This document shows positions 11,154 to 23,888 of a stretch of 64,000 nucleotides of DNA, piece after piece. The notes beneath the pieces were generated by a model, which ran no database searches, was not told the DNA's origin, and saw only the letters and a list, made by a program, of their open reading frames with translations. The DNA comes from Dysidea avara (taxonomy: Eukaryota), in NCBI RefSeq assembly GCF_963678975.1, contig NC_089285.1, positions 12,087,725-12,151,724 on the forward strand, written 5' to 3'. The position numbers and the translations under genes are program-made. Each line of letters opens with the position of its first letter. The first letter of the stretch is position 1.

Positions 11154-14100
11154 CAGCATTGAAACCGGGTCACTACTGCTGACCCGGACCCGGATAGCAA
11201 TCTGGGTCAGACCCGGATGTGACCTGGATTAATTAAAGCCAAGGCGTGCGATAAGAGCTATGTTTCGGGTAGTCTCGAGCAAGCGAGACGTACAAGACTA
11301 CATTTTTAGCGTTTGATTCGTGTTGAGTAAACAAGTAGTTATGTGATAATTAAGCCGGTAAGTTTATAAATTTAAAATCAATCAGTGGGTTTTGCATGGT
11401 TCCACATAGTGTGGCTTCGTGCATACCTAGTATTACAATTTCCCGATATATTAAAGTGGGTGTGGCTCACAAAAGTACTTATCCTATTGCAAGACTAGAC
11501 TATATACAACTCGAATAATAATCGATAAGTGAGCATGGCTCCACGTAAGCTTGCAGACAGCAACGAACACAGTTTCATGCTACAGACTGCACTTACTAAT
11601 AAATGGGCATGGTTGAGCATATGTTTGTAACGTGATTAGTGGGCGTGGCTCACGAAAGAGCTACGCGACTAATGTTTTATAAGTTTCCACGTCGTCAAAC
11701 GAACTGCTCACGTGATCCAATCCAGTGGACAATTTGTAAACAGGCGGATGACCTGGAAAATTTGACCCAATCCGGTTTCAACACTGATTTCCACATCGTC
11801 AAATTAATTCATTTGTGTTACACGTGTTCCAATCCAGGTCAGACCCGGATATTCAATAAAGCTGATCTTATTAGGCACCAGCCTATTATGCTTTTAATTT
11901 GGCCTATTATGCTATGCTGCAGTGCTCAAAATTTTTCCTCATAATTATGCTCACAATTTTTGCCACAGTTCCAATGTTTTGTTACTTTCTATGGATAATG
12001 ATAAACTTTGGCATATTAACAACTGGTTAAATGTAAAAAGTACTTGTGCATTAAGAATTTGGCTGCATTGTAAACTATAATAACAGTGATGTCAGATAAC
12101 TACTTAATGCCATATAAGTGACATCGACTGTTCTATTATTGTAAATCAACCTTTTTCTGTGGCATGCATTTTTGCTTACAGTATGACAATTATTCTGCCT
12201 ATTATGCTAACATTATGCCTGATCCTTTCAGGCACTTATTATGCTCAAAATTATGCCAGCATAATAGGCTGGTGCCTAGATCTTATGCATTACTTAGTTT
12301 CAACCCTGATTGTAGTTGTGTGAGGCAAGCAAGAACTTCAAATTGTACAATGACATGGACTGCAAGTACAATGAGTTTTTTCTGCATTTGATAAAGTTAA
12401 AACAATTGAGAAACAAGTTAATGTACAATGGCAGTAAATTAAAATTTATATAATTTAACAGTACAGTAATATTCTGTTCTACAGCTGCTTGTTTAGTATT
12501 ATATTATTTTTTCCTGACAGCCTCATAGTACACAACCGAAGACTCAACTGCATCATCCTTCAGTCTGTTTCTGTCCTTACATGCAATTCTTCCAGCGCCA
12601 CTAAAATGTCTTTCCGATTCCGCACTAGCTGCTGGTATAACTAAAAGCTGCCTAGCTAGACAAACAGGAAAACTATACCTTTGTTCACCCCACCACAACA
12701 ACGGATCAAATATGCTCCGAATGCATGAGCCTGTGTCAAATAGACACCAGTAATTGAGCCATAGCGACTAAGCTCTTCATTTACTTCTGCTGTGGACTTT
12801 TTCCTTGGTTCATCACCAGCAGCATTTCTAAATTCAGCCAATGGGTCATGCTTTAATCTCTTACTAGTGACTGCTTCTATTTCCTCCTCAAGTTCCTCAA
12901 CATCACTATCTTCAGGCTCTTTTGGTGGGTTAACATGCGCTTTTGCAATGGCCATGGCATTCTCTTTAATAATACCAGCTGCCTGTTCTGATAAACTGTG
13001 TCGCTCCTCTGCATCCCTTACAAATGAAAATCCTTAAAGAGAGGTAGGAGGTAGCAACATGTAAAATAGTTATATCCTCCCACAACTTAGTATCTAATGC
13101 TGATACTAAATTTCTCTTCAAAATACGTCCTGCTGCAGTGTCTGAAGCAGATAAATCATACCAAAAATTCCCCAGTTTATAAAATGAGGGCAAAACAAAC
13201 TGGAGGGTGGATACAAAAGAATATTCCAGAATGTCTTCAGCCTTTTCTAAAATTTGTAGCACTTCTTCAAGTAGCAATTTTTCTACTGCAGCTACCAGGT
13301 CTTCACGTCTTCACGTCTTTTATCCCTTAACACTGGCTTTAATGCCTCATAGCTTTTGAATATAGAGCGGAACTTATTAATCAAACTATGCCACGGTCTT
13401 GTTTTACCACCAGCTTTCAGTGTAGCTGGTAAGTTGTACTGGATTCCACCAGATTTTTTTACAAATTTTACTAGACTATTTGCACAGTCATCAAGCTCTT
13501 TTAGCTCTTGACTCTCTGCACATGATGCATCCCATGCAGTGTTTATCGATGTTGACGAACAGTGAAATGCACAATTAACATGGCACTTAGACTTTGTGGC
13601 AGCTACCATATTTGACCCTTTGTCTGTTGTGCATGGGGTATTTTCTGCATCAGGGCCTGCGTCGTCCAAAACCTGACCCAGTGCAACTTGAATGCGGTCT
13701 GCAGTCTTATTCTCAGAAAAACATTTACATGCATACATAGCATGCTTGAGGGACCATATTCTGTTGTTAGGAGCTGATTCCTCCACCAAAAAAAGGTAAC
13801 ATCGAGGTAGGAGCATGACACAACATTATCGGACCACAAATCTGTCACAACAGAAACCACACCTTACTCAACAGACTCTTAATGGTGTCCTGTATTTGGG
13901 GTAGCTTGTTAACAATATCTTTGCACACTGAGCCGTCCAACTATAAACTCAGAAGCCGGTTCACAACCATGAGATGCACCCAACTCCATAAAAGATTGAG
14001 AAAACCCTTTAATGCTTCTTGTTCTACAAACCTATAAGGCAAGTGTGCAGCAGCAACAAGAGTAGCAGTCTTCTCACGAATAGCCTTCCTTGTTCCCTCC

Positions 14101-15050
14101 CCAACTTTCTTTCCTGAGCACATAACAAAGCTATCCAATGTTTTAAAACAAGGCCTATTAGTTGCTTTGCTACTTGTGCTGGAGCTGCTACTGTTTTTGG
14201 AACTGCTGACAGCACTGCTAAAGCTACTGCTTAAGCTAGTGCTGCTACTAGTGCTATCACTCTCGCTGGTAGTGGTAGTACTATCACTTCAGCATGAAGC
14301 ACTAGCATGAGCAGGCAAGCATCACTTCATATTTTTCGTACCCAAAGACCTTTCCTCTCCACTCACCTTTGTTTTATAAAGGATACACACCTTACACACA
14401 CGGCAACATGCGACTCCAAACACCTCGTCATTACTTGAAGGATTTAACACTACTCTAAACTGCTCCCACGCTCTGCTTCCTTTCGAGTTCTTCTTCAGAA
14501 CGTAGTCACCATCAATCACCCGTCTAGGGAGTTAAGTCTTCATTGTCACCATCAAGCACAATTAAATCGTCACTTTCCATATTGCTGCAAAGCACGAGGC
14601 GTAACGTTATATTAGGAACATTACATTAACGTGCACGTGATCAAATCCAAAATCCAGCCAGATAATTTTATATCCAGGTCTGACCCAGTTGACCTGGACA
14701 AAACGTGACCCGGATGACCTGACCCGGCTGACTCGTACAATAATCGATTAGTGGGCATGGCTCTACATAAGCTTGCAGACAGCAACGGACACAGTTTTTT
14801 GTGCTACAGACTGCACTTACTAATAAATGGGCATGGCTGAGCATATGTTGTAATGTGATGTGGGCGTGGCTCACAAAAGAGCTGCACGACTAGCGTTAAT
14901 AAGTTTCCATGTCATCAAACTAACAATATCATTTCTCACGTGATCCAATCCGGGTTAGACCCAGATAATTTGTAAACCGGGTTGAACCCGGATGACCCAG
15001 AGAAAATGTGACCCGGTTGACCCAGATGACCCAACCCAGTTTCAACGCTG
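11154..15050 (-). mobile_element. hAT-superfamily DNA transposon, apparently complete at both termini (about 3.9 kb) but with a degenerate transposase
   Basis: 17-bp TIRs CAGCRTTGAAACYGGGT at 11154-11170 and (reverse complement) 15034-15050. Perfect 8-bp target-site duplication ATACACAG at 11146-11153 and 15051-15058. Subterminal GACCCGGATGAC-type repeats. About 330-bp internal direct repeats at 11500-11800 and 14730-15060. The - strand ORFs carry a BED-finger-like N-terminus (14322-14519) and the hAT C-terminal dimerisation signature ...SERHFSGAGRIACKDRNRL.. (12504-12701). Confidence 0.85.
12504..14519 (-). pseudogene. hAT transposase, fragmented across at least 6 ORFs in different frames (frameshifts or stops, or unrecognised introns)
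   Basis: ORF-track pieces 14322-14519, 13941-14215, 13292-13860, 12966-13277, 12656-12955 and 12504-12701. The last contains the hAT dimerisation motif. Confidence 0.7.
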
Positions 15051-15762
15051 ATACACAGCCTGCCAATAGTGTAGCCATTTAATCGTAAATTTCTTCATTT
15101 TTCCTTATACTTATATTTTTGTTTAACATGATTTATGATTGGTGAATCAATGCATACTGCATCAAAGGAAAGAATAGCACCAGCCAGACATGTTAACTGA
15201 GTGACTGAACACATGTCTGACTGAAAGCAAGGTGGCCATTCTTCCTATTATTACACCTATTATACAGCATTACAAGCAAAGAACAGTATGATATGAGAAG
15301 CCTCTCTGCAATCAATTCAGTTACTATGGAAATGGTGACTGAACACACTAAATAGTACTGAAAAGTGGCCATTCCACTTTGTTTTCAATTATTTTCCACC
15401 TGTTATACAGCATTACAAATAAGAAAAGCATGTTTGTAACCAATCCAGTCATTATGGACGTTACAGATGATTTTCGTTACAGTCAGTTGTACTGAAGCTA
15501 TAATAACATGTTACTGTGATGAATCAGCACCTATGTGGTGGTGGGGAAAGAAATGGGACACAAAGACAGACAAAAGTAAGTTCATGATGTATGCACTGTA
15601 ACTTCTGTGATTGGCAACCATAGACGGGTTGTGCTCAGTTGAAAGTATCAGTCAATATTCAGCTAGCAATTTTTTTATTTTTATTTTTATTTTTTTTTTA
15701 TGATAATCATTGCATTAGTATTATATAGAATAGTTATAACTATTACTTAACAAAAGATAAAG

Positions 15763-16336
15763 TCAGTCAAATGAGCTAATCCTACCCTCTGCACAAACAA
15801 GATCAATAGCTGCAGACTCTTTAAAGCTAAAGCGATGGTAGGAAGATCTAGAACCTCTCAAACAAGTGATGGCTGCACGAAGTAGTGAAAAACTCAGTTT
15901 ACATCTTAACCAGTGCAGGGTCATGCTGTAAGACTGTCCATTTTTTCTGACAGCAGAGTGGCTATTCTCTTGTACACTACTGTGGCCAGGGGTCCCATGC
16001 CTCCAGTACATGAAAACACTATGGGAGAGAATGTCCCATGCTCCACCTCACGGATCCTTTCTTCATATTTCCTCTTCTTCTCTAGCTCCGCACGCCTGTA
16101 ACACTGGTGTAAAGACACTGAAGAGTGTGTGGGAGCAAAAGGATTAAACACCTTTACATCAAAGTATGCCTTCTGACCGCGTTCCCAAAAACCATTGGCC
16201 ACAACATCAAGACGGGCCCCATCCTCAACAGAATTGTACAACTTTCAGTGGAGCAATTCACAGAAACTTGTTGGAAAGGTTTGGGGTTGCTCTGTAGGCA
16301 TTTTTGGACTTGAATATGCCTAACCAACCATGTCAA
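15763..16336 (-). pseudogene. Transposable-element-derived ORF fragments (...ARLDVVANGFWERGQKAYFDVKVFNPFAPT...EKKRKYEERIREVEHGTFSPIVFSCTGGMG...)
   Basis: From recollection only, this resembles a repeat-encoded protein family widespread in invertebrate genomes. It is split over three frames. Confidence 0.4.
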
Positions 16337-19300
16337 TCTTGTGTAAATGTGTTTTTGGCAGGAAAGCCCTAGCCTTCATGATCCATACTGTAAAGCGCTA
16401 ATAATAATAATAACAACACTAATATGGGTGCACTGGTACATTAATCAGCTTATAGGTTAAGATGTTATCTGCCAGTATTTACTATCGGATAAATAGCTAC
16501 TGATATAACTGGTATTGATTATGTGATGTATATAGTTTATCTTTTACCCATGTATATTCTCTCAACAGGCAGCTACATCAAGAAGATTCACTGGAGATTC
16601 CATAACAGCCTGGGCATACGCATGCATCAATCATGTTTCAATATAATAACAAACTTATGTTGACAAACTATACATTCACTATCTGTACTCATTACTAGCA
16701 TTGCTTAAACTTGAAATTCCAATCATAGTTAGGTAAGTGTACTAATAAAATGTCTGCCAGTCATCCTACCAATCAATAACTATAAAGCCATACAATGCTC
16801 ACGTGAGCTGCTAATCCTGTTTCCATGCCAGACAATTAGCCACCCCCTTGGCTGTCTCTGGGAATATTTATGGCGAGAAGAGGAGGAGGTAAACCCCAGC
16901 GATGCTACTGTTTATTAAGAACTGAATAACTCTGATGTACACCACCATTAATGTTAATGAAACAATTACTCATTGATTTAAATTTAACAGTGATGTGTAC
17001 AGTATATATGTCTTCGCAAATTTCATTGCTTTATAATGATTATGGATTATGCAGCATATTTGCTAGTGTTGCACTCCAAATCTGTGATTTCAAATACTAA
17101 CATTTCCTTGCATAAAGACAACAATCATGTAATTAAAGATAAAGGAAAGGCAAAAGACAGAAGCCAGACATTCATTGGAATCAAAAAAGGCACGTGCCAT
17201 GTATGAGTTTGTTGCTGCATGTGGCAAGAAATGTTGACTGTCGCTAAATTGTTTGGCCTCTAGCCTTGCAACTGTGATAAGGCAGGGAGACCAAAAATTA
17301 GGTTTGGGCGATTTTGAAAAATGGAGCCTTCTGTAATGGTTTCTTGCTTCTAATGCTGGAATAAAGATGATTTTTGCCGCATATGATCCTTCTATGATGA
17401 TTTTAATGGCAGCATTATGGTGAGTGATGGGGGCAACCATACTAAATAGTACTATAGTAATTTGTGATACCCTAGCCCATAAGGTTAACTGTGTCTCTAG
17501 ATCTTCTTGCCTTTACAAAAGTATAGCTATGGATATGCATATATTTCAAAATATATGTACAAAGACACGTGTAATGACCATACACTTAAACTGTATGAAT
17601 TTCATCTGCAGAGAATTTCTTGTCACAATATTAGCATTTCAACAAGTCTGTTTAGAAAATGGTATGCATAATATGCTTTGATCTTTGGAGGATAATGAGG
17701 TCTTTAAAATCCACTAAGAGACCTGCTAGCAGGTTCTTAAAATGGTTAGAAACCTGCTAGCAGGAAAGACCACAAATCTTACCTTTCAATCATTGATTTG
17801 TAATGCTCCCTCCAAGCATATTCAATGTGATAGCCTGCAGTGGGCAACCAGTCATCCAGGACAACATGTGGTTAACTACTCTATTCATTTTAAAGGCATG
17901 CCTAAAAGAATTCGATTATGGGGGTACAAATTTAACATTGTACTTACGTTTGTTACGATGAACGGAGAAGTCCAGAAATACCACAGAAAATTCTGTTTAG
18001 TGCCCATCTGTTTCTAGAGTGTTTTAAGACTGTTTTTGTCTTCTATTAAACCTCTACTACGTAGGACCTAAATGGGTAAGCTTCCTTGTAGAAATGTTAT
18101 TTTTGCACTACGTGTAATGTGGGTGTGGTCCATATTCGAAGTTCTTCATATTACTATGGTGCCACTATAGGCACAACTTGTGACAACCCATTCCCACCGT
18201 ATAAATCCACACAAGCTGCTTCTTCGACACGCGTGTTTTTTACACTGCTGTGACACCAAAGGCACTGGCTACCACTAACCCGGCTCAACATTATCAATCA
18301 CTGCCATTTCCCACTGCTGTACCAGATTCTAATTAGCAAAAGGAAGTGGTGCGAGCTTCAATTTTTTCAAGACTTCGACAAAAGCATGTTCAGTCTTCCA
18401 TAATTATTTTAACAAATGTTGTGTGACGATTTCAGTAACCTAATTCACAATGACTCCAACTATATGCCCATTTTAAAAGTATATAAAAAGTATACATTTT
18501 CTAAGAGACCACACCCTCGGATCTTCGTGGATTTTAAAAACTGAGCGAATCTAACCTATACATAGAATAGGTATTTTAGTTCTTTAAATAAAACAGTCAA
18601 TGGTTGATTATTAATATTTTTATTAGAGTATGTGACAGCTTTACTACATAATCTTAATAAATGTGAGGGGCTCTAGTCCTCATAGTTTCCATATGTCAAT
18701 ATAGGTAACAGATTTCAAAATATCATACACAGATATACAATTCAGCAAAAATGTTTGAATTGTGTTATAAGTGCATAGCTATGCACAATAAGCTGAAGGG
18801 AAGGGAAGGAGGGGGACAGATATACTGTAAATTGGTAAATTTTTGCTTTAGCTGCAAAATAAATTTGAAGTGTTATGTTTTCAGGGACAGCCCAAGCCAC
18901 AATACTTTACCAGTGAAATATTTTGTACAACAAATAATTAAACATATACAGTAGGTGACTTTAAAAAGTTTACATTTGGTTTTGTAAAGACCATTGTAAT
19001 GTAATAGTTTTACTATGACTTTTGTAATGGTAAAAACCAAACATATCGTAATTACTATCATGTTTACATATTTAAAACAAAACAAGTCTAGTTGCCAGTT
19101 GCATGCACAGCCACACACAGAGAGACAAGAACAAATTAAATGTGTAACTACCAGCTGGCAACAAGCTTGATAACAGCAGGGGCAGTGAAATTTGTAACTT
19201 AGTAGCTGTCATGTAGCAGTCAATTAACAAAACAATACCTGTATAACATACAACACAGCACAAGCAATCGTAAAAACCAATGGTAATTACTAATAGTATT

Positions 19301-20019
19301 ACCAATAGTATTACAATAGTTCTTTTTGAACCTAATGTAAACTTTTTAAAGTCCCCTACTGTAGTTATTCACCTGGATGCTGGATTAGAAGCTAGCACCA
19401 TACGCATTTGTTGCTATGTGTTTCATGAGCCCTCATGTGCGGTAGGAATAAGCATGCGAGGTATGATAAAAGTTGATCAAGGTGCGACGACAATGTTATA
19501 CAGGTACCTGTCGTGCGATGAATGCGTAATTGTAAGGGATGCCTGTGACGGTGTCGACCTCTCTATATTTGCAGCTACAGTGGCGTGCAAATTTATTCTG
19601 GTGGAAATTAGAACCCAGTAGGCCATTCTTTTTCTCCAACAGCATACTCATTTTTCAAGTGTTTGACCTGTGTAATACGACAAACAACCAAAAAAATATT
19701 TTGCAAGTAAAAAATACTCATGTGCAAAAATATTTCACGTAATTTATTTTCATTGGTCGAGGCAACCACGAAATATTCTCACTGTTAAAAAACATTTTCC
19801 GATCTACAGTATATCCATTTCAGCCTTAGCCATAGTGTACATACAGTACTTTACAACAGATCCACATGCAATATATACAGTATAGCCACAAGTGTTTGCA
19901 CAGGCATAACTCACTTGCATGTACTGCAAATCGGATTAAACTGACAAAATACTACAGTGAAAACAACACATATGTAGTACTAACCTCTAAAGACCTTACT
20001 GGGATTTTTTTTGGTTTAT

Positions 20020-20960
20020 ACACACATGCATACATACATACATACATACCGTATTGCCTTGAATTATGGCCCAGCCATTTATTTCTTTCAAGCAATTTTT
20101 ACCCCGGCTACTAAACAAGACCGGCAACTATACGGGACCAGCGTTTATATACCTGATCAGAGTTCATGAGTCAACTTCATACCTTGGTGTTGTACTCTCC
20201 AGGACTCTCCTTGATGTTTCCCTCAGCATATTTCACAGATTCAAACTTAAAAGGAACTCTATAAAACGTTCTTCGCTTCATTGTTTATACCACCACCCGG
20301 AATTGTTAAAAATAATGACTGCACTAGACATTTATTTGAGACCCAGCGCATATTCGAGACCCAGCGTTTATTTTTGTTATGACGCTGTATACCCCCAGTG
20401 ACTAAACAGGACCAGGCGTTATACAAGACTAGTCATAATTCAAGGCAATACGGTACATACATACATACATACATACATACATACATACATACATACATAC
20501 ATACATACATACATACATACATACATACATACCCAGTGTGTATTCGAGACCCGGCATTTATTTTATGATGCTGTATACCCCCAGTGACTAAACAGGACCA
20601 GGCGTTATACAAGACTAGTCATAATTCAAGGCAATACGGTACATACATACATACATACATACATACATACATACATACATACATACATACATACATACAT
20701 ACATACATACATACATACATACATACATACATACATACATACATACATACATACATACATACATACATACATACCCAGCGTGTATTCAAGACCCGGCATT
20801 TATTTTATGATGCTGTATACCCCCAGTGACTATACAGGACCAGGCGTTATACGAGACCGGTCATAATTCAAGGCAATACGGTGCATACATACATACATAC
20901 GTACGTACGTACGTACGTACATACATACATACATACATACATACATACGTACATACATAC
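20020..20960. repeat. Minisatellite: about 240-bp unit repeated 3x, each carrying a (TACA)n/(TACATACA)n tract of 75-130 bp, plus an inverted partial unit at 20024-20160
   Basis: The unit ...CCCAGTGACTAAACAGGACCAGGCGTTATACAAGACTAGTCATAATTCAAGGCAATACGG(TACA)n ACCCAGYGTGTATTCRAGACCCGGCATTTATTTTATGATGCTGTATACC repeats at 20397, 20580 and 20820. Confidence 0.85.
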
Positions 20961-21789
20961 ACTGTACCTATAGCTTGTTTTTCTGTGCAATGTCCCTGGT
21001 GGGACATCTTTCATACCAAATTTGAGCCATTTTTCGATACACTCCTTCAAAGTTCAACTAATTTTCTGTGTACAATATTTGTCTTCATCTTTCCGCATTA
21101 TTTTTCTTTTCCCACTACTTACAAAAATTTCTATACTTCACACAAACCTTATTGGATTCTGTTCAAATTTAGACGATACAAAAAGTATATTATATTTTCC
21201 AATTTGTGAACAGATTGTTAAACAGTGGCAAAAAGGTACGAACGATTGTCAAAAATTACAAGCGTGAGTTTTAGTCATGCCTGCAGGGTAAACTACTGAA
21301 AAAACAAGTGAAAACTCGGTATGCAGATAGGCTGACCATTGTAATGCAATCCTTTTATGTACTTAAAGTATTAGATATAAAGTAAAACCAAACATGTAAA
21401 ACAAACATGATAGAGATACTCTAATAGAACAGACACCAAGAAGTTAAAAAATGCAGGCAAAAAACTAGTTCCGGGTTTGAACCAGGGAACTCCATACCTA
21501 TAAGCCTAATCCTTTAACACTCTGCTACTGCTGTCAGTTGTTCATCTCACTTTTTTCTACTTTATAAATGGAAATTCTAGTGAGAATAGATCTATCCAGA
21601 TATGTGTTGTATTAGAAGTGCCCAGAAATAATATATAATCTATTAGGGTACTATAAAAGCAGTCCAATAGGCTATATTATACGTGACCAGCTGAGCAAAA
21701 ACCCATCTTGTTTACATTTTACTCGAATTTCATTATATGGCATTTTTGTTGTCTAGAGGGAAAAACCAATGGACTGTTAAAGTTTTAGC

Positions 21790-22300
21790 CATTTCTGGTA
21801 AGTGGTTTTGAGATAGAGAATAAGAAGAACAAAATAATTGATTTGTACAGTGCTTATACAGAAAAAAATTACAGGCATTCGTTTAATCAATCATAACTCT
21901 CGAGTGCAATGGGCTACAGAGACGGAACATGTGCCATTCTATTCACCATGAACTGGGGAATTCATCAAGGTATATTTTTTGACTTAAATACACCCATGCT
22001 ATCAAGCAAGAATGCTGAAAATGGCAACAATAAAGTTACATTTTACTGCAACGTAAACAAACACGTGTAATTCACGTTTGCTCCATGGTACAGAAACAAA
22101 ATTAGATTATTCGATTCAAGTCTTCCTTCACTGTTAACTGAAGCGATTAAAACATTGCGTAAAATTATTTATGTAGCACACGTTTTTATCCAATGTATTT
22201 CAATGGCATTTATCTCTAAAACAGAATTATGCAAACAAGTCGGGTTTTCACTCAACGGGTCACGTATATACCAAACATACATTAATAGTCACATTATCAA
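21790..22300. repeat. Interspersed repeat family R2, one of two copies
   Basis: Shares blocks with 36240-36850 (AATCAATCATAACTC...TTCACCATGAACYGG...AAGGTATA; ...TTTCRCTCARCGGGT...). Confidence 0.5.
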
Positions 22301-23825
22301 GATACTCTAATACAGCAGTCAGCCTAACGGCGATTTGTTGTCACGTCTATCAGCTAAACCACACTAGTTGAATTTTCTTGCACGTGTATCAGGTAACTAT
22401 CAAGGTGCAAGCCTTCAGTAATTTAATGGAAATACAAGATATCTAATCCAAAACAGCCAAGCTGGGTACGGCCTTCCAAAAATAGAGTAGTATGAAAAAG
22501 ATGTGATATCAATGGTGGCAGCCAAGAAATGGCTGTAATATCAGATGCAGAATACGTTAATACATATGTATTGCAAAATACAGCAATAGACACATTATAC
22601 ACTTACTGGAGAGACAAACTGAACATACATATCCAATGTCCACCATGTTATGATGACAGAAACACGCAGCACGATAATCAATGGTTGAAATGAGTGGCAT
22701 CACCATTTGACCACGACAAGCTGGATGAGGAAGGTACATCCACTACACAAGCAGACACAATAATTATTCATAACTCCAATCATGATCCAATCACATTATT
22801 CGCTGTGCATATATACATCACGGTGGTCAACTCATCTTATTAGTGAGGTCATGAAGTGTGCCTTAGCACTACCAGCTGTACTATTAACAAGGTGGCCACT
22901 AAGTGAGGATTTACTGTACAGCAAACAAGGAATTGTATAGTCTTTCACACGAAATCAAAAAACTTTTTTGTACATTGAAACAAGTACCAAAGGTACATAC
23001 AAGCACATACAGAGAATCATAAAAGGCACTTACTGTACACATATATCACAAGTATAAGGAAAATAGGAATTTTATAAGCTAGAAGGGACACGCAAAGGTC
23101 ACTATAGAGGGTTTACCATCACACCAGCATTAATAAATAAACTAGTGTCCATTTGGTTCTACTTTGGGTACTTAGAGATAATGAGTTACTCTCTAGAATT
23201 CCTATGGATATATTACATGAAAATAACAAGGAGAAAACATCTTGACCACCTGGTAGACTCCTGTAAGCATTCGAGCGTAAATCGGATGGCTGCAGGTTCG
23301 AGGCTACCTAGGTCCAGTCATGGATTTTAGGTCCAGTCATGGATTTTTTCTCCCTTCTCCAACTTTTCAAACACACCTAATGTAGCTAAAGTCTTTGAGC
23401 AGGCTGTAGGACCAGGTGTCCTACAGACCTTCAGCACTTGTGCTGTAAAGCATTAATAAAAAAATAAAATAAACGATACATGAGCAGAGTCAATGAGTGC
23501 CACATCTTCCCTACATTACTGTAGGAAAGATTTAGTGTTACTGGCGCTAAAGATTTGGTAATTGTGGCACTAAATATTTCCTACGTACAGTAAAGTAGAG
23601 AAAATTTAGTGACATTTTATCCTAGCCCCTAAGTGTTTTCGCTATTAGAAAATTTCTACAGACAGCATCAGAATGGTAGTGTAAGCCTATTTATTGCAGG
23701 ACAATATGCATGCTATTAGTAGCAGCTGGAGTAGCTTTAAGATGTTACACAGCCTTACATACGGGGAAAAGCATGCATGAAGCATATCTGCATTTGATCC
23801 ACTGATATATAGCACAAACACTTTT

Positions 23826-23888
23826 GGATAGAAGTGAATCAATACCTTTGGACAGAAGTGAATCAATACCTTTGGATGGAAGTGAAAA
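23826..23888. repeat. Tandem repeat of about 23 bp, 3x (GGAYAGAAGTGAATCAATACCTTTG)
   Basis: Directly visible. Confidence 0.8.

Noticed and set aside
17090-17681. ORFs 17090-17440 (- strand) and 17424-17681 (+ strand)
   Set aside because: No homology recognised. AT-rich DNA yields ORFs of this size by chance.
19280-19621. 113-aa + strand ORF
   Set aside because: No homology, low-complexity context, no splice signals. Likely non-coding.
20584-21209. ORFs rich in HTYIHTYI / YVRTYVRT
   Set aside because: They are translations of the (TACATACA)n microsatellite.
21470-21500. tRNA-like GGTTCAAACCCGG on the - strand
   Set aside because: It cannot be folded into a cloverleaf with a 7-nt T-loop and acceptor stem. 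It is probably a SINE or tRNA-derived fragment.
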